A stretch of DNA of 64,000 nucleotides, from the IMG/VR virus record IMGVR_UViG_3300048502_000015, positions 1-64,000 of that record; one strand, given 5' to 3'. A program made the position numbers and the translations under genes. This document shows, one piece after another, positions 40,164 through 48,985 of this stretch. The notes below the pieces were generated by a model, which ran no database searches, was not told the DNA's origin, and saw only the letters and a list, made by a program, of their open reading frames with translations. The stretch is from a virus. Its lineage: Duplodnaviria; Caudoviricetes. How positions within the stretch are numbered: position 1 is the stretch's first letter; each line of letters begins with the position of its first letter.

Positions 40164-41369
40164 TTATGGACGTGCTGCAAACAATGCTGGAGCAACAAAC
40201 GATGCTGCTACCGAGTTGTTTACGAGGTATACTGCCAACGGAGTAATGTTGGTAAAGGTTCCCGTTACCGTTGCCGAAGCAGTCGCGTTACCAGAAAGGG
40301 TTACCGTCCCGGCTCCTGCCGCAGTAGATGGAGTAATCGCCGTTACATATAGATATGAGCCTGATGTTGGGGCAAGTCCTGTTCCGTTAACTACCGCGCC
40401 AATCTGAATTCCGGCTGTATTAGCTACAGAAAGAACGTTAGATGAGCTTGTCGTAGTTACTGGAGTCTGAGTAATTCGACCAGAGTTAGCTGGGTTAATT
40501 GTCGGAAGAACAGCCGTTCCTACAGTTGTGGTTACCGGACCCGTTAGGTTGATAATCAAACCAGTTGGAAGAGCAGCAATAACGTCAAATCGCTCTGATC
40601 CTGATGCTGGCTTAGTAGCCAAAACATTAGTTGTGGTCAAACAAGTCTGATAAAGACCTGTGCTTCTCTGCTTTAGTTCTCCACCAGACGGGGTTAGCGT
40701 CAAGGTAGAAAGAGATAGGGTCGGTAGTGAGTTGAAAACCAAATCGTAATTGCTATTTGAAATTCCACCTACAACATAGTATGCACCAATGGCTGATGAA
40801 GAAGATAGTTCCTTACGAAAGTTTCTGTTTGTCTCGTTCAAAAGTACAGTATTGTTAACCGTGTTAGGAACCGTGTTTGCCACTCCTAGTTGATTGACAG
40901 CCGGGTTAACTGTGCTAACTGTAGTACCCCAACCAGCCGTCTGAACTGCCAAGCCGTCTGCATAAATCGTTCCACCAGAAACGTTAACCAAGAAGGTTTC
41001 TGCTCCAGTAGCCGTTCCTCGGTAAATGTTATAACCATTGACTGGCTCAACATAGTTGCCGTCCTGATCAATGATTGGAAGCCAACGAAGAGTAAGGTAA
41101 GAGGTTGTATCGGCTGACGTTGTAGCCGTTACTTCTACTGATGCTGGGGTTTCTCCACCAAAACCGTCTACAGCGGTAATCTGGTAGTAGTAAGCCTGTC
41201 CTGAAGAAAGTCCTGTACCACCAGTTGTGGTTTCAACAGGGGTCTGTACTCCGACCGGAATAGGCAACTTTCCTAAGTCGATATAGGAAGTACTGTCTGA
41301 AGAAATCTTATAACCACCGATACGGAGATTCTGACTTCGGTTAAATGAGCGAATTGGCAAATACGGCAT
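40164..41369 (-). CDS. virion structural protein with Fn3-like domain
   Basis: YYYQITAVD..GET..LRW..GYNIYRG; Thr/Ser-rich. Confidence 0.7.
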   Translation of the reverse strand: MPYLPIRSFNRSQNLRIGGYKISSDSTSYIDLGKLPIPVGVQTPVETTTGGTGLSSGQAYYYQITAVDGFGGETPASVEVTATTSADTTSYLTLRWLPIIDQDGNYVEPVNGYNIYRGTATGAETFLVNVSGGTIYADGLAVQTAGWGTTVSTVNPAVNQLGVANTVPNTVNNTVLLNETNRNFRKELSSSSAIGAYYVVGGISNSNYDLVFNSLPTLSLSTLTLTPSGGELKQRSTGLYQTCLTTTNVLATKPASGSERFDVIAALPTGLIINLTGPVTTTVGTAVLPTINPANSGRITQTPVTTTSSSNVLSVANTAGIQIGAVVNGTGLAPTSGSYLYVTAITPSTAAGAGTVTLSGNATASATVTGTFTNITPLAVYLVNNSVAASFVAPALFAARP

Positions 41370-41482
41370 ATTTTGTGTCCTTTTGTTACCTACTTTATTC
41401 GGCAACGATAGTTTAGGGATCATAGCCTACTTTATTCGGCTATCAACCTTTATGGGACCGAATTGTGACCTAAATATAGTGA

Positions 41483-42604
41483 TTAGTCAGAGATTATGAT
41501 AAGAGAACCATTAGAAGCTCCCGATCCTGCCGTCAAAGTAACGGTTCCGGTATTTGTAACCGTATTACCTATAAGAGCCACAGTTCCCCCTGCGCCTCCA
41601 TATGCTGTCGTATAATGAATTCCCGTTCCCGTTCCCGGATTACCGCCTGTAGAAGTAATTGTTCCAGCAAGGGTGATAGTTGGAGAAGCAACGGCTAATC
41701 CATATCCACCACCGCCTCCACCACCGCCTGCACCAGCACCAAGTTCGGCACCGCCTCCACCGCCTCCACAGCCAGTACAACCCCATGGACCCAATAATCC
41801 CTGTACAAAATGGGTAGCCCCACCACTAGAAGATATGGCATAGGAGTTTCCGCTGCCGCCATATATCAAACTTGAGTTACCGCCATAAATTCCAAAACCA
41901 ACGCCACCCCCGGCGCTCCCTCCGGTAACGCCTGCGCCGGAACCCCCGGCGGTTCCGGAACCCCCCATAGTACCCCCAGACCCTCCATAAGCTAGACCAG
42001 AACCCGAAGTTTGACCGGAGCCTCCTCCACCACCGCTACCCCCGCTACCCCCATTACCTGCCACAGTAGAAGACGAGGCATTTGTTCCATTACCTCCGTT
42101 GGCATTAATTGTAAATGCTGACGCCTCACTCCAACTGGTTTTACAAAAATGTCGAAATCCTTGGGGATACAGGGTTATGGTTCCAGACATCAAAAACGTT
42201 GTGGCATAAACATCTCGAAGTTGAATATAAGTATAGGAACCAACGCTACCAGTAGTAGAGAAAATTCCAGGATAGGTGTTCGTCCCGTTTAGAACAATGG
42301 CCCCATCAGAGCCGTCCCCATAAAAACCAGACGCCGACAGAAGTTGACTTTGAATGGAGGCTGATAGTTGTGTATATCCTACCGCGCCTGCCTGTATCTG
42401 GGTTGTTCCAACTGCCCCAGTTGCAATCAGGGTATTTGTAATTGCGCCCGGTAAAATCCCTGCCGTTCCGATTTGAACCCCTCGACCAGTCGAATGATCG
42501 TGATAAGCGATCTTGGTAAAGTTTCCGGCCAACTGAGTATTGCTATAGAGATCGTCATTCTGATCCCAAAGGACCAAAGACATTTTTGGATCGATTCTAG
42601 CCAT
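41483..42604 (-). CDS. glycine-rich tail-fibre-like protein
   Basis: GDGSDG and poly-Gly tracts. Confidence 0.7.
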   Translation of the reverse strand: MARIDPKMSLVLWDQNDDLYSNTQLAGNFTKIAYHDHSTGRGVQIGTAGILPGAITNTLIATGAVGTTQIQAGAVGYTQLSASIQSQLLSASGFYGDGSDGAIVLNGTNTYPGIFSTTGSVGSYTYIQLRDVYATTFLMSGTITLYPQGFRHFCKTSWSEASAFTINANGGNGTNASSSTVAGNGGSGGSGGGGGSGQTSGSGLAYGGSGGTMGGSGTAGGSGAGVTGGSAGGGVGFGIYGGNSSLIYGGSGNSYAISSSGGATHFVQGLLGPWGCTGCGGGGGGAELGAGAGGGGGGGGYGLAVASPTITLAGTITSTGGNPGTGTGIHYTTAYGGAGGTVALIGNTVTNTGTVTLTAGSGASNGSLIIISD

Positions 42605-42693
42605 CGCTAATTACTCGTCTGTTTGTGTCTAGAAACCAAAAAGACTCCAGAAGGAGTCTCGTTGTTACTTCTTTCTGATGAGGATCGGTTCCA

Positions 42694-43026
42694 TTATAGC
42701 TTATTAACGTTGATCTTGACCAACGCACGGATAGCTGCATAGAATACCGCTACTGCTCCGACGACGATCTTTGGAACATGTCCTTCATGAGCAAAAGCGC
42801 TGTTAAGGGCAGCCGCTACAACTCCCCAAAATTCGGTTGTCTTATATCCAGCCTTAACTTCTGAAACTGCGGCAGGAATCTGAGCGATAATTGAAGAACC
42901 CTGAGTGGTTCCAAGGGTTACTAGACCAGCGACATTTCCTGTTTCAATGTCCTTAACAACAACCGGGACATCCTTTGTTACGTCGGCAATCACTGTGTTT
43001 ACTGCTGGATCTGGGTTTACTGCCAT
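42694..43026 (-). CDS. holin-like protein
   Basis: GYKTTEFW plus hydrophobic C-terminus, directly after lysin. Confidence 0.6.
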   Translation of the reverse strand: MAVNPDPAVNTVIADVTKDVPVVVKDIETGNVAGLVTLGTTQGSSIIAQIPAAVSEVKAGYKTTEFWGVVAAALNSAFAHEGHVPKIVVGAVAVFYAAIRALVKINVNKL

Positions 43027-43036
43027 TTGCTTCTCC

Positions 43037-43702
43037 TTATTTCTTAATTTTGTGTCGTAAACGACTGAAAGCTGGAGCTAGGATAGAGATATCTGAATTC
43101 TCTCCGATTCCAGGAATTCTATGAGGAGCCGGTCCATGAACCCCATCACTAAGCTGAAGCGCCCACAAGAATGCGTTCTTTGGAAGAGCGGCCTTTACCT
43201 TATCCCAAAGGGATTCTACTGTATCTCCTGGAGCGCCATAATCGGCAGCCCAAACATTTCCTGATGGCGGAACAAGTTCCTTGTCTCCGTTCTCCAAGAA
43301 GAAGGCCAAATCGGTATAAAGCGGAGCGCCCTTGTGACCGTGAAGATAAAGATATGCGAAAGCAACCTTTGTCCAGTTAATGGTTTCGACAACTGTGGCT
43401 GCTGGCCACTCGACATCTAGAACGAGATGATCTCCGCGCTTGAAATGCGGAGCAACTGTTTCAAGGAAGAACTTAATCTGGCCCGCAGGATCTCCCAAAG
43501 CAGGCTCAGCGAAATGATAATGGATAACCTTGAGTCCCGCTTTATGAGCGGCGGTTACACGTTCTACATACGGCGGCTGAGTCCCAGTTAGTCCCTGAGT
43601 AGCCTTTGTAGCATACGTTCTAGAACCAGACTTCTTGTACTCTGCTGCGTTAAATGTCGGAGAGTTGTTATCACTCTCATCTGCGAAATATCTATTAGCC
43701 AT
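43037..43702 (-). CDS. endolysin, GH25 muramidase
   Basis: D-S..KATQG..YHFA..VLDVE..LYT..WAADY. Confidence 0.85.
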   Translation of the reverse strand: MANRYFADESDNNSPTFNAAEYKKSGSRTYATKATQGLTGTQPPYVERVTAAHKAGLKVIHYHFAEPALGDPAGQIKFFLETVAPHFKRGDHLVLDVEWPAATVVETINWTKVAFAYLYLHGHKGAPLYTDLAFFLENGDKELVPPSGNVWAADYGAPGDTVESLWDKVKAALPKNAFLWALQLSDGVHGPAPHRIPGIGENSDISILAPAFSRLRHKIKK

Positions 43703-43750
43703 CGTCTATTACCTTACTGTATTGAGAAACTTTATGCGCCCGGTTTTGAA

Positions 43751-43821
43751 TTGCGACAGAGGGAATTGAACCCTCCTCTAGACACCGTATGAAAGTGTAC
43801 GCCCACCACGGGCTTGTCGCA
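43751..43821 (-). tRNA. tRNA-Met/Ile (CAT), atypical D arm
   Basis: cloverleaf, loop TTCATAC. Confidence 0.65.
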
Positions 43822-43920
43822 TTGGATTTCCCCTACCGCCTATCCCGGTCATAGGGTACTCAAGGTTGTGCTTACAGACTCCCTAAATCCGGGGTGCGGT
43901 CTGTAGATAGGCGTCACAAG

Positions 43921-44334
43921 TTAAACTACGTTTACCCGTCGAGAAGACTTGTACCAATGATAATGCTTAAAATGGCGTCGATTAGCTCGGCCATTTTTGC
44001 CGCAATAAACGCACATTTTGTACTCTCGTGTAACGAGATATGGTTTACGAGGAGGCCAAGGATAGGCCATAACCTCTTCTTCACCAGTCAAATAAGCGTG
44101 TCGCTTATGTCCTTCTCGGGCAGGGCAATACGAGATCTTCTTCTTTTCCTTCTTTCGAGACTTTCCGTTAGAAGGATGATCTAGAATCGGGGGCTGACGA
44201 TCATCTCGTGCTGCCCAGCTATCGGTTCGAACCGTTTTGATAGGGCCTCCTCGAAGGGCGGCTGCTTCTGCGGAACGAACTCTCTTGTTGTCGATTCGTT
44301 TACGAATGTGACGACTTGTAGATTTACGAGCCAT
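43921..44334 (-). CDS. highly basic protein with Cys/His motif
   Basis: strong SD AAGGAG; Arg/Lys-rich; CVYCG. Confidence 0.75.
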   Translation of the reverse strand: MARKSTSRHIRKRIDNKRVRSAEAAALRGGPIKTVRTDSWAARDDRQPPILDHPSNGKSRKKEKKKISYCPAREGHKRHAYLTGEEEVMAYPWPPRKPYLVTREYKMCVYCGKNGRANRRHFKHYHWYKSSRRVNVV

Positions 44335-44404
44335 GTTTGTTTTCTCCTTGTTAATAGGTTACTTTACAAACATATTCGTTCTCCTTGGTTAGTTGATTAT
44401 AAAG

Positions 44405-44476
44405 AGCGGGTAGAGGGAATTGAACCCTCATCTCAGGTGTGGAAGACCGGCATAATAGCCTTTATACTATACCCGC
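44405..44476 (-). tRNA. tRNA-Gly (TCC)
   Basis: cloverleaf. Confidence 0.9.
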
Positions 44477-44508
44477 AAGATACCTTTTATAGTCATGCTC
44501 AGGACTGA

Positions 44509-44582
44509 AGCCCATTTAGGGAATCGAACCCTATCTATTTCGCTTTACAAGAGCGATGCAGCACCATTTCTGCATAATGGGC
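44509..44582 (-). tRNA. tRNA-Thr (TGT)
   Basis: cloverleaf. Confidence 0.9.
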
Positions 44583-44589
44583 GATACTA

Positions 44590-44910
44590 TTACAGCTTCA
44601 TTATCCGGGGTTCTGTCCCTATTTCTAGGTGACGATCATCTGTCTCAGTTAGCCTATTTCTAGGCTTCCCTGGCGGATTCTTGACGAGTTGCCCGCTGCC
44701 CTCTACCTGCTATGTCCGTAGGTCTTTGCCCTTAGGATTCGCGTCTTGAGGTTGCATCCTCAGTTCCCATTCGAGGTTCAAGCGCCTTAGCTCCCTCCAA
44801 ATGTTACTTATTTACTGAGTTAGTTAAGCTCATAACCGAGTTTCCTCGGCCAGGATGCCCCGAAATTCCTCTACATATACCTTCTATGCAGCGACCGTCT
44901 TTAACTGTAA
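44590..44910 (-). ncRNA. rnpB: RNase P RNA
   Basis: P1 TTACAGTT/AGCTGTAA, P2 GACGGTC/GATCGTC, P3, CR-I GAGGAATTTCGGGG pairing with CR-V ACAGAACCCCGGATA, GGCAAAGACC, AGACAGATGATC. Confidence 0.85.
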
Positions 44911-44912
44911 GT

Positions 44913-45122
44913 TTAGGAAATTCTTTGAACAACTACTACTTGAGTATCCCCTTTCATGAAGGTCCGGACTACCTTACTCTTGATATTGACCTGTCCAGGA
45001 TGGGCATGAACGATTGCACCAGGACCATACTTGGGGGCCGGTATAACCACACCCAAGTCTTCGTTGTTCCAATCTCTCGTGTATAGCTCTTCTACAAAAA
45101 GAGCCTTAGTATGTTTGCTCAT
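44913..45122 (-). CDS. hypothetical protein (leaderless)
   Basis: TGTGATATACT 6 nt before ATG. Confidence 0.65.
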   Translation of the reverse strand: MSKHTKALFVEELYTRDWNNEDLGVVIPAPKYGPGAIVHAHPGQVNIKSKVVRTFMKGDTQVVVVQRIS

Positions 45123-45140
45123 ATACATAGTATATCACAA

Positions 45141-45229
45141 ATCCTACAGCAAGATTCAAACTTGCGACACCATTTCGATTCCGGGTCCTACCCGGATGAT
45201 CTGTGCTCTGATCACTGAGCTATGTAGGA
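45141..45229 (-). ncRNA. tRNA-like RNA with anticodon arm replaced by long hairpin
   Basis: acceptor TCCTACA/TGTAGGA, D arm GCTC/GAGC, T arm; TCCGGGT-AGG-ACCCGGA. Confidence 0.65.
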
Positions 45230-45368
45230 TGGCCTAGATAGAAACCCGCCGCTTATCTTCGGTCGGTTACGTAGCGACAAATCGCGGGAGATAAGCCCAA
45301 CGAAAACCTTGCCTCCTGGTACTCCCCGGTCATCATGAATCCGAGGGCCAGTTCCACCGTCTATCTAA

Positions 45369-45428
45369 TAGTGATAGGAGAATCGAACTCCAAATTAAGG
45401 GGTCTTCCTTAATCAACCTATATCACTA
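45369..45428 (-). ncRNA. mini tRNA-like RNA lacking a D arm
   Basis: TAGTGATA/TATCACTA stem, T loop TTCGATT, one hairpin. Confidence 0.5.
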
Positions 45429-45479
45429 GCTTTCTACTGAGTTAATTATCATGTGCTGATTCCTGGCGATGAGCCAGAG

Positions 45480-45551
45480 AGGAGTAGAGCGGTTTCGAGC
45501 CGCCTTCTGGGACATGGCAAGCCCCTGTAATAGCCAGTATACGACTACTCC
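45480..45551 (-). tRNA. tRNA-Gly (GCC)
   Basis: cloverleaf. Confidence 0.85.
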
Positions 45552-45632
45552 AAACACGCGGCAAACATATGATCATGGGAACTTCGGGTTTACCGCGTTA
45601 TACCCTAGCCGCACCATATGTTTTATTTTTAG

Positions 45633-45705
45633 TACCCCTGGACGGATTCAAACCGCCGACCTGATCGTTCGAAGCGACCCACTCTATTCACTGAGCTACA
45701 GAGGC
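45633..45705 (-). tRNA. tRNA-Arg (TCG)
   Basis: cloverleaf. Confidence 0.9.
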
Positions 45706-45844
45706 AAGAACTACAAATTATCAATCTTCTCTTCAATCCGTCTTTCTACATCGTGATCTCTGTCTTCTTCAACCGAATCTGCCTTTACCTCGACCGTCCA
45801 TCTATTCCATAATGTCTTCATCTACCTTTACCGTCTTGGTAAAG

Positions 45845-46165
45845 CTACTGAAGCACTAAATCTGTTTCATACCAACGATAATCGCTTAGTTGGTTATTGA
45901 AAAATTCTAGCCAATCAGAAGTACCTTTTGCTTCGTCCCATGTTACCAGAAAGTACGGAGGATCAGGTGACACTCTAGGAGTAATATCCTCTTTCTCTTC
46001 AATCAAGGAAGAAATCGTCCCAACAGGATCGTCGCCCTTGAGATAGGCGAGCGCTCCAATTAGATACCAATTGATTTCGTCGCTGGAATCCAATTCAAGG
46101 GCAATATCGTTTGCCACGCCGTTTGAAAGCTTTACTTTATCTCCAATTTTCATTTCATACCTCAT
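45845..46165 (-). CDS. hypothetical protein
   Basis: MKIGDKV SH3-like. Confidence 0.6.
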   Translation of the reverse strand: MRYEMKIGDKVKLSNGVANDIALELDSSDEINWYLIGALAYLKGDDPVGTISSLIEEKEDITPRVSPDPPYFLVTWDEAKGTSDWLEFFNNQLSDYRWYETDLVLQ

Positions 46166-46339
46166 AGACTTGAGTTGTTTTACTTACGTAGTACTTTCCA
46201 TCGGCGGCAAGAATACCGACGAGGGTTCCTAAATGAATGGCAGCTATTTCTAGCTCCATCAGAGGCTTCCTCCGCTTCCATGTTCCTTGAACTGGATTCC
46301 ACTTCCTCATTGGACTTATTTCTATCTTGTAGTACATAG

Positions 46340-46415
46340 TACCCCGTATGCGGATCGAACGCATCTGATATCTCGATTAAGAGTCGAGTGCCACCACCAT
46401 TGGAGCCAACGAGGT
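46340..46415 (-). tRNA. tRNA-Lys (CTT)
   Basis: cloverleaf. Confidence 0.85.
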
Positions 46416-46480
46416 AAGCGGGCTAATTATCGTCAAGCCCAATGACTATTCGGTTGTCTAATGGCCAACCGACAAACCCA

Positions 46481-46553
46481 TGCGACTGGAGGGATTCAAA
46501 CCCACGACCTTCGGTTTCGTAGACCGACGCTCTTTTCGCTGAGCTACAATCGC
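46481..46553 (-). tRNA. tRNA-Arg (ACG)
   Basis: cloverleaf. Confidence 0.9.
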
Positions 46554-46567
46554 GTTTTGAGTGAGTA

Positions 46568-47236
46568 CTAGCCCTCACTCACGGCTTTGAGCATCTGGAT
46601 GCTATCTTCGATCTCAAAGGAATTGTCTTCCTTTGCAAACTCCCCTAGAGTGAAGTCCCTCAAGAGAGTATATTCGTAGCTGGATTCATCTCCCGCCAAG
46701 ATCAAGTCGTATACTACTGGACGCTGTTCCTTGAACTCGGTTAGCATTTTTTGAGCGAACTTTCGTTCGTCGTTTGTCATAGACGGCGCAATGCTTTTTG
46801 AAGCCAATTCTCCGACCCTTAGATGTAAGTCTCTGTGAGCTTTCAAACAAATTGGGATGGTACACTTGGACCGAGAAGCATATGCCTGATAGTTCTCAAG
46901 CATGAGCATCATCCAACGAGGTACATAGTGATGCCTCGTTATCCTACCTTCGCAAGTTAGTCCATGAATAGAGCAAATTCGGCAAACTGGTTCAATCCCT
47001 GCAAGCCGAATTCTTTCTAGGCGGCGCTCGATGACATGAGCCGGAACCACATTATCATCAGAAGCCAAACGAAGTCGATAAAGAACCTGACGCTGAGAGA
47101 GATCTTCGTCTAGAAGATCGTCCACATCAATGTCTTCGAGATCGGCAAGAAGCTCAAGCTGAGCAACAGTAGCCTTAGCTCGTTGATCGAACCAAATTTG
47201 GCCTGCTGGAGTGTTGAAAGGTCTAGCGCGGCTCAT
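46568..47236 (-). CDS. HNH-like nuclease domain protein
   Basis: CRIC..TRHHYVPR..IPICLKAHRDLH. Confidence 0.65.
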   Translation of the reverse strand: MSRARPFNTPAGQIWFDQRAKATVAQLELLADLEDIDVDDLLDEDLSQRQVLYRLRLASDDNVVPAHVIERRLERIRLAGIEPVCRICSIHGLTCEGRITRHHYVPRWMMLMLENYQAYASRSKCTIPICLKAHRDLHLRVGELASKSIAPSMTNDERKFAQKMLTEFKEQRPVVYDLILAGDESSYEYTLLRDFTLGEFAKEDNSFEIEDSIQMLKAVSEG

Positions 47237-47275
47237 TTATTTTCTCCATCTATTATATCATAGAATTGAAGTCTA

Positions 47276-47349
47276 CCCGATATTTTACCTTAAACTACAT
47301 ATCCCGTGATCAAGCGGTCAACGACGGGACTCGAACCCGCATCTTCGGA
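47276..47349 (-). ncRNA. circularly permuted tRNA-like RNA (YrlA-like)
   Basis: TCCGA-T arm-closed acceptor-D arm-TCGGG. Confidence 0.55.
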
Positions 47350-47350
47350 G

Positions 47351-47424
47351 TACCACCACCGGGATTTGAACCCGAGTTTCCGCCGTGAGAGGGCGGCGTC
47401 CTAAACCAACTAGACGATGGTGGC
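47351..47424 (-). tRNA. tRNA-Glu (CTC)
   Basis: cloverleaf. Confidence 0.92.
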
Positions 47425-47531
47425 TTGGCGGGGGTCCACCCTTTAACAGGTCTACCCCCATAATACAGCAAATATGATGCCTTATGGCCGCTTTAGGCAT
47501 TTAAAGCATCATATTTGCATCACTACAGGAA

Positions 47532-48947
47532 CTACAATGCCGCCCTCTCACGAATGTTGGCAAACGTCTGATGCCGAGTAATCTTTCCATTCTCGAAAAC
47601 AGTTTGTAGTACATCCGGGATTTGTACGTCATACATAGGAATAACGCCGTAACGTTCCGTAGCGTAGTTACCCGCCTGACTAAAGACAAGCTTCAAACGG
47701 CCTGCCTTACTTCTCTTCGAAGTATCGAGAGGAATCTTTGAGACATCATGCCAAATTCCATCTCGCTTCTGTGCGCTGCATTTGAACGCAAATCTTTGCG
47801 TATCACGGTTGACCTTCTGGAGCAAGCCCCCACCCATTCCGAAGACCATGTTTTCGGCTGAGTAGCCAGCAAGCTGGAGTCGTCCAAGGATCTTGTCGAT
47901 GCCGTTAGGATCGATCCCATCGCCCCACAAGACACGAATCTTGGGGTTAAGGACCTTGAATCCCTTAGAATTCGTAGTGGTTCCAAAACCCTTAGCCAGA
48001 GTATCTACAATCCATTCGGTTAGTAGATCTGGCGTAGGATGCTGAACGGTAATCGAATCAGGACGGACTACGAAAACCCCTTCGCGTTCAAGAATCTTAT
48101 CCTTGTACCAGGAGTTGAGATCAAGGCCAGCGACCGTATTGACAAAACGATAGATGTCATAGCTGTCGGCTACCACTGAAAGAATTCCAGTTGGGTATTT
48201 CTCAAGTAGGTCAGCCACGATCATCATTTCCTGCGCTTGTCCTCCTGCCGTCATAACCGAATGCTCAGTAGCAGGAACCGAAAATGCGAGACTTTGAGGG
48301 TCCGCATCGTAGGCTTGCATCGCCAACACCATTGCAGGGAGCGTATCTGTGCCCATGAAGTTGACTAGATGGGCTGCTCCACCGATGGCTGCTGTTTCGT
48401 CGCTTGAAGCTCCGCGATAACCAAAATCATGAAGCATGAACGGAAGACCGTCCCGGTTATCTGCTGTAGCGTCAAGATGGCCAGCAATCATTTCCTTTGT
48501 ATGGCGGCTGAGCGTAGCAACCGTTGATGGATACCAAACATGAGTCAAAAGGGACTCAACAAAGTTGGTAAGCCAAGCGCACTCTGGATCGGTATTTTCA
48601 ACCGTCATAAGCACGTTACCTGTCGGGATTACAGAACCCTCCGGAACCGCCTTGATGCGGATCGGAAGCTTGCCGTCAAGCTTGTTAACAATGTAATTCC
48701 ATCCATCAAAATTGAAGAGATTAGGATTACCAAAGTGAGTCTCGGCAATACCATAAGCCTCCCGGACATCATCCATCGTAACCGGCGTTTCAAGCTTCTC
48801 TAGGATCTTCTGCAATCCGAAAAACACCGTGTAAGGGAACTCTGCTCCCTGACGGCTTTCAAAATATGAGTAAACGCCCTCTGTCCCCTCGGGGTACATT
48901 TGATGGTGCGTCAACTTGTAGCTGTCTGTACTGAGAATTGTATTCAT
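47532..48947 (-). CDS. nadV: nicotinamide phosphoribosyltransferase (NAMPT)
   Basis: TDSYKLTH, LHDFGYRG, PATEHS, SVVADSYD, VRPDS, GDGI, FGMGGGLLQ. Confidence 0.95.
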   Translation of the reverse strand: MNTILSTDSYKLTHHQMYPEGTEGVYSYFESRQGAEFPYTVFFGLQKILEKLETPVTMDDVREAYGIAETHFGNPNLFNFDGWNYIVNKLDGKLPIRIKAVPEGSVIPTGNVLMTVENTDPECAWLTNFVESLLTHVWYPSTVATLSRHTKEMIAGHLDATADNRDGLPFMLHDFGYRGASSDETAAIGGAAHLVNFMGTDTLPAMVLAMQAYDADPQSLAFSVPATEHSVMTAGGQAQEMMIVADLLEKYPTGILSVVADSYDIYRFVNTVAGLDLNSWYKDKILEREGVFVVRPDSITVQHPTPDLLTEWIVDTLAKGFGTTTNSKGFKVLNPKIRVLWGDGIDPNGIDKILGRLQLAGYSAENMVFGMGGGLLQKVNRDTQRFAFKCSAQKRDGIWHDVSKIPLDTSKRSKAGRLKLVFSQAGNYATERYGVIPMYDVQIPDVLQTVFENGKITRHQTFANIRERAAL

Positions 48948-48985
48948 AATCTTATCCTTGTATAGATTGTTGAATGTATATTGTA

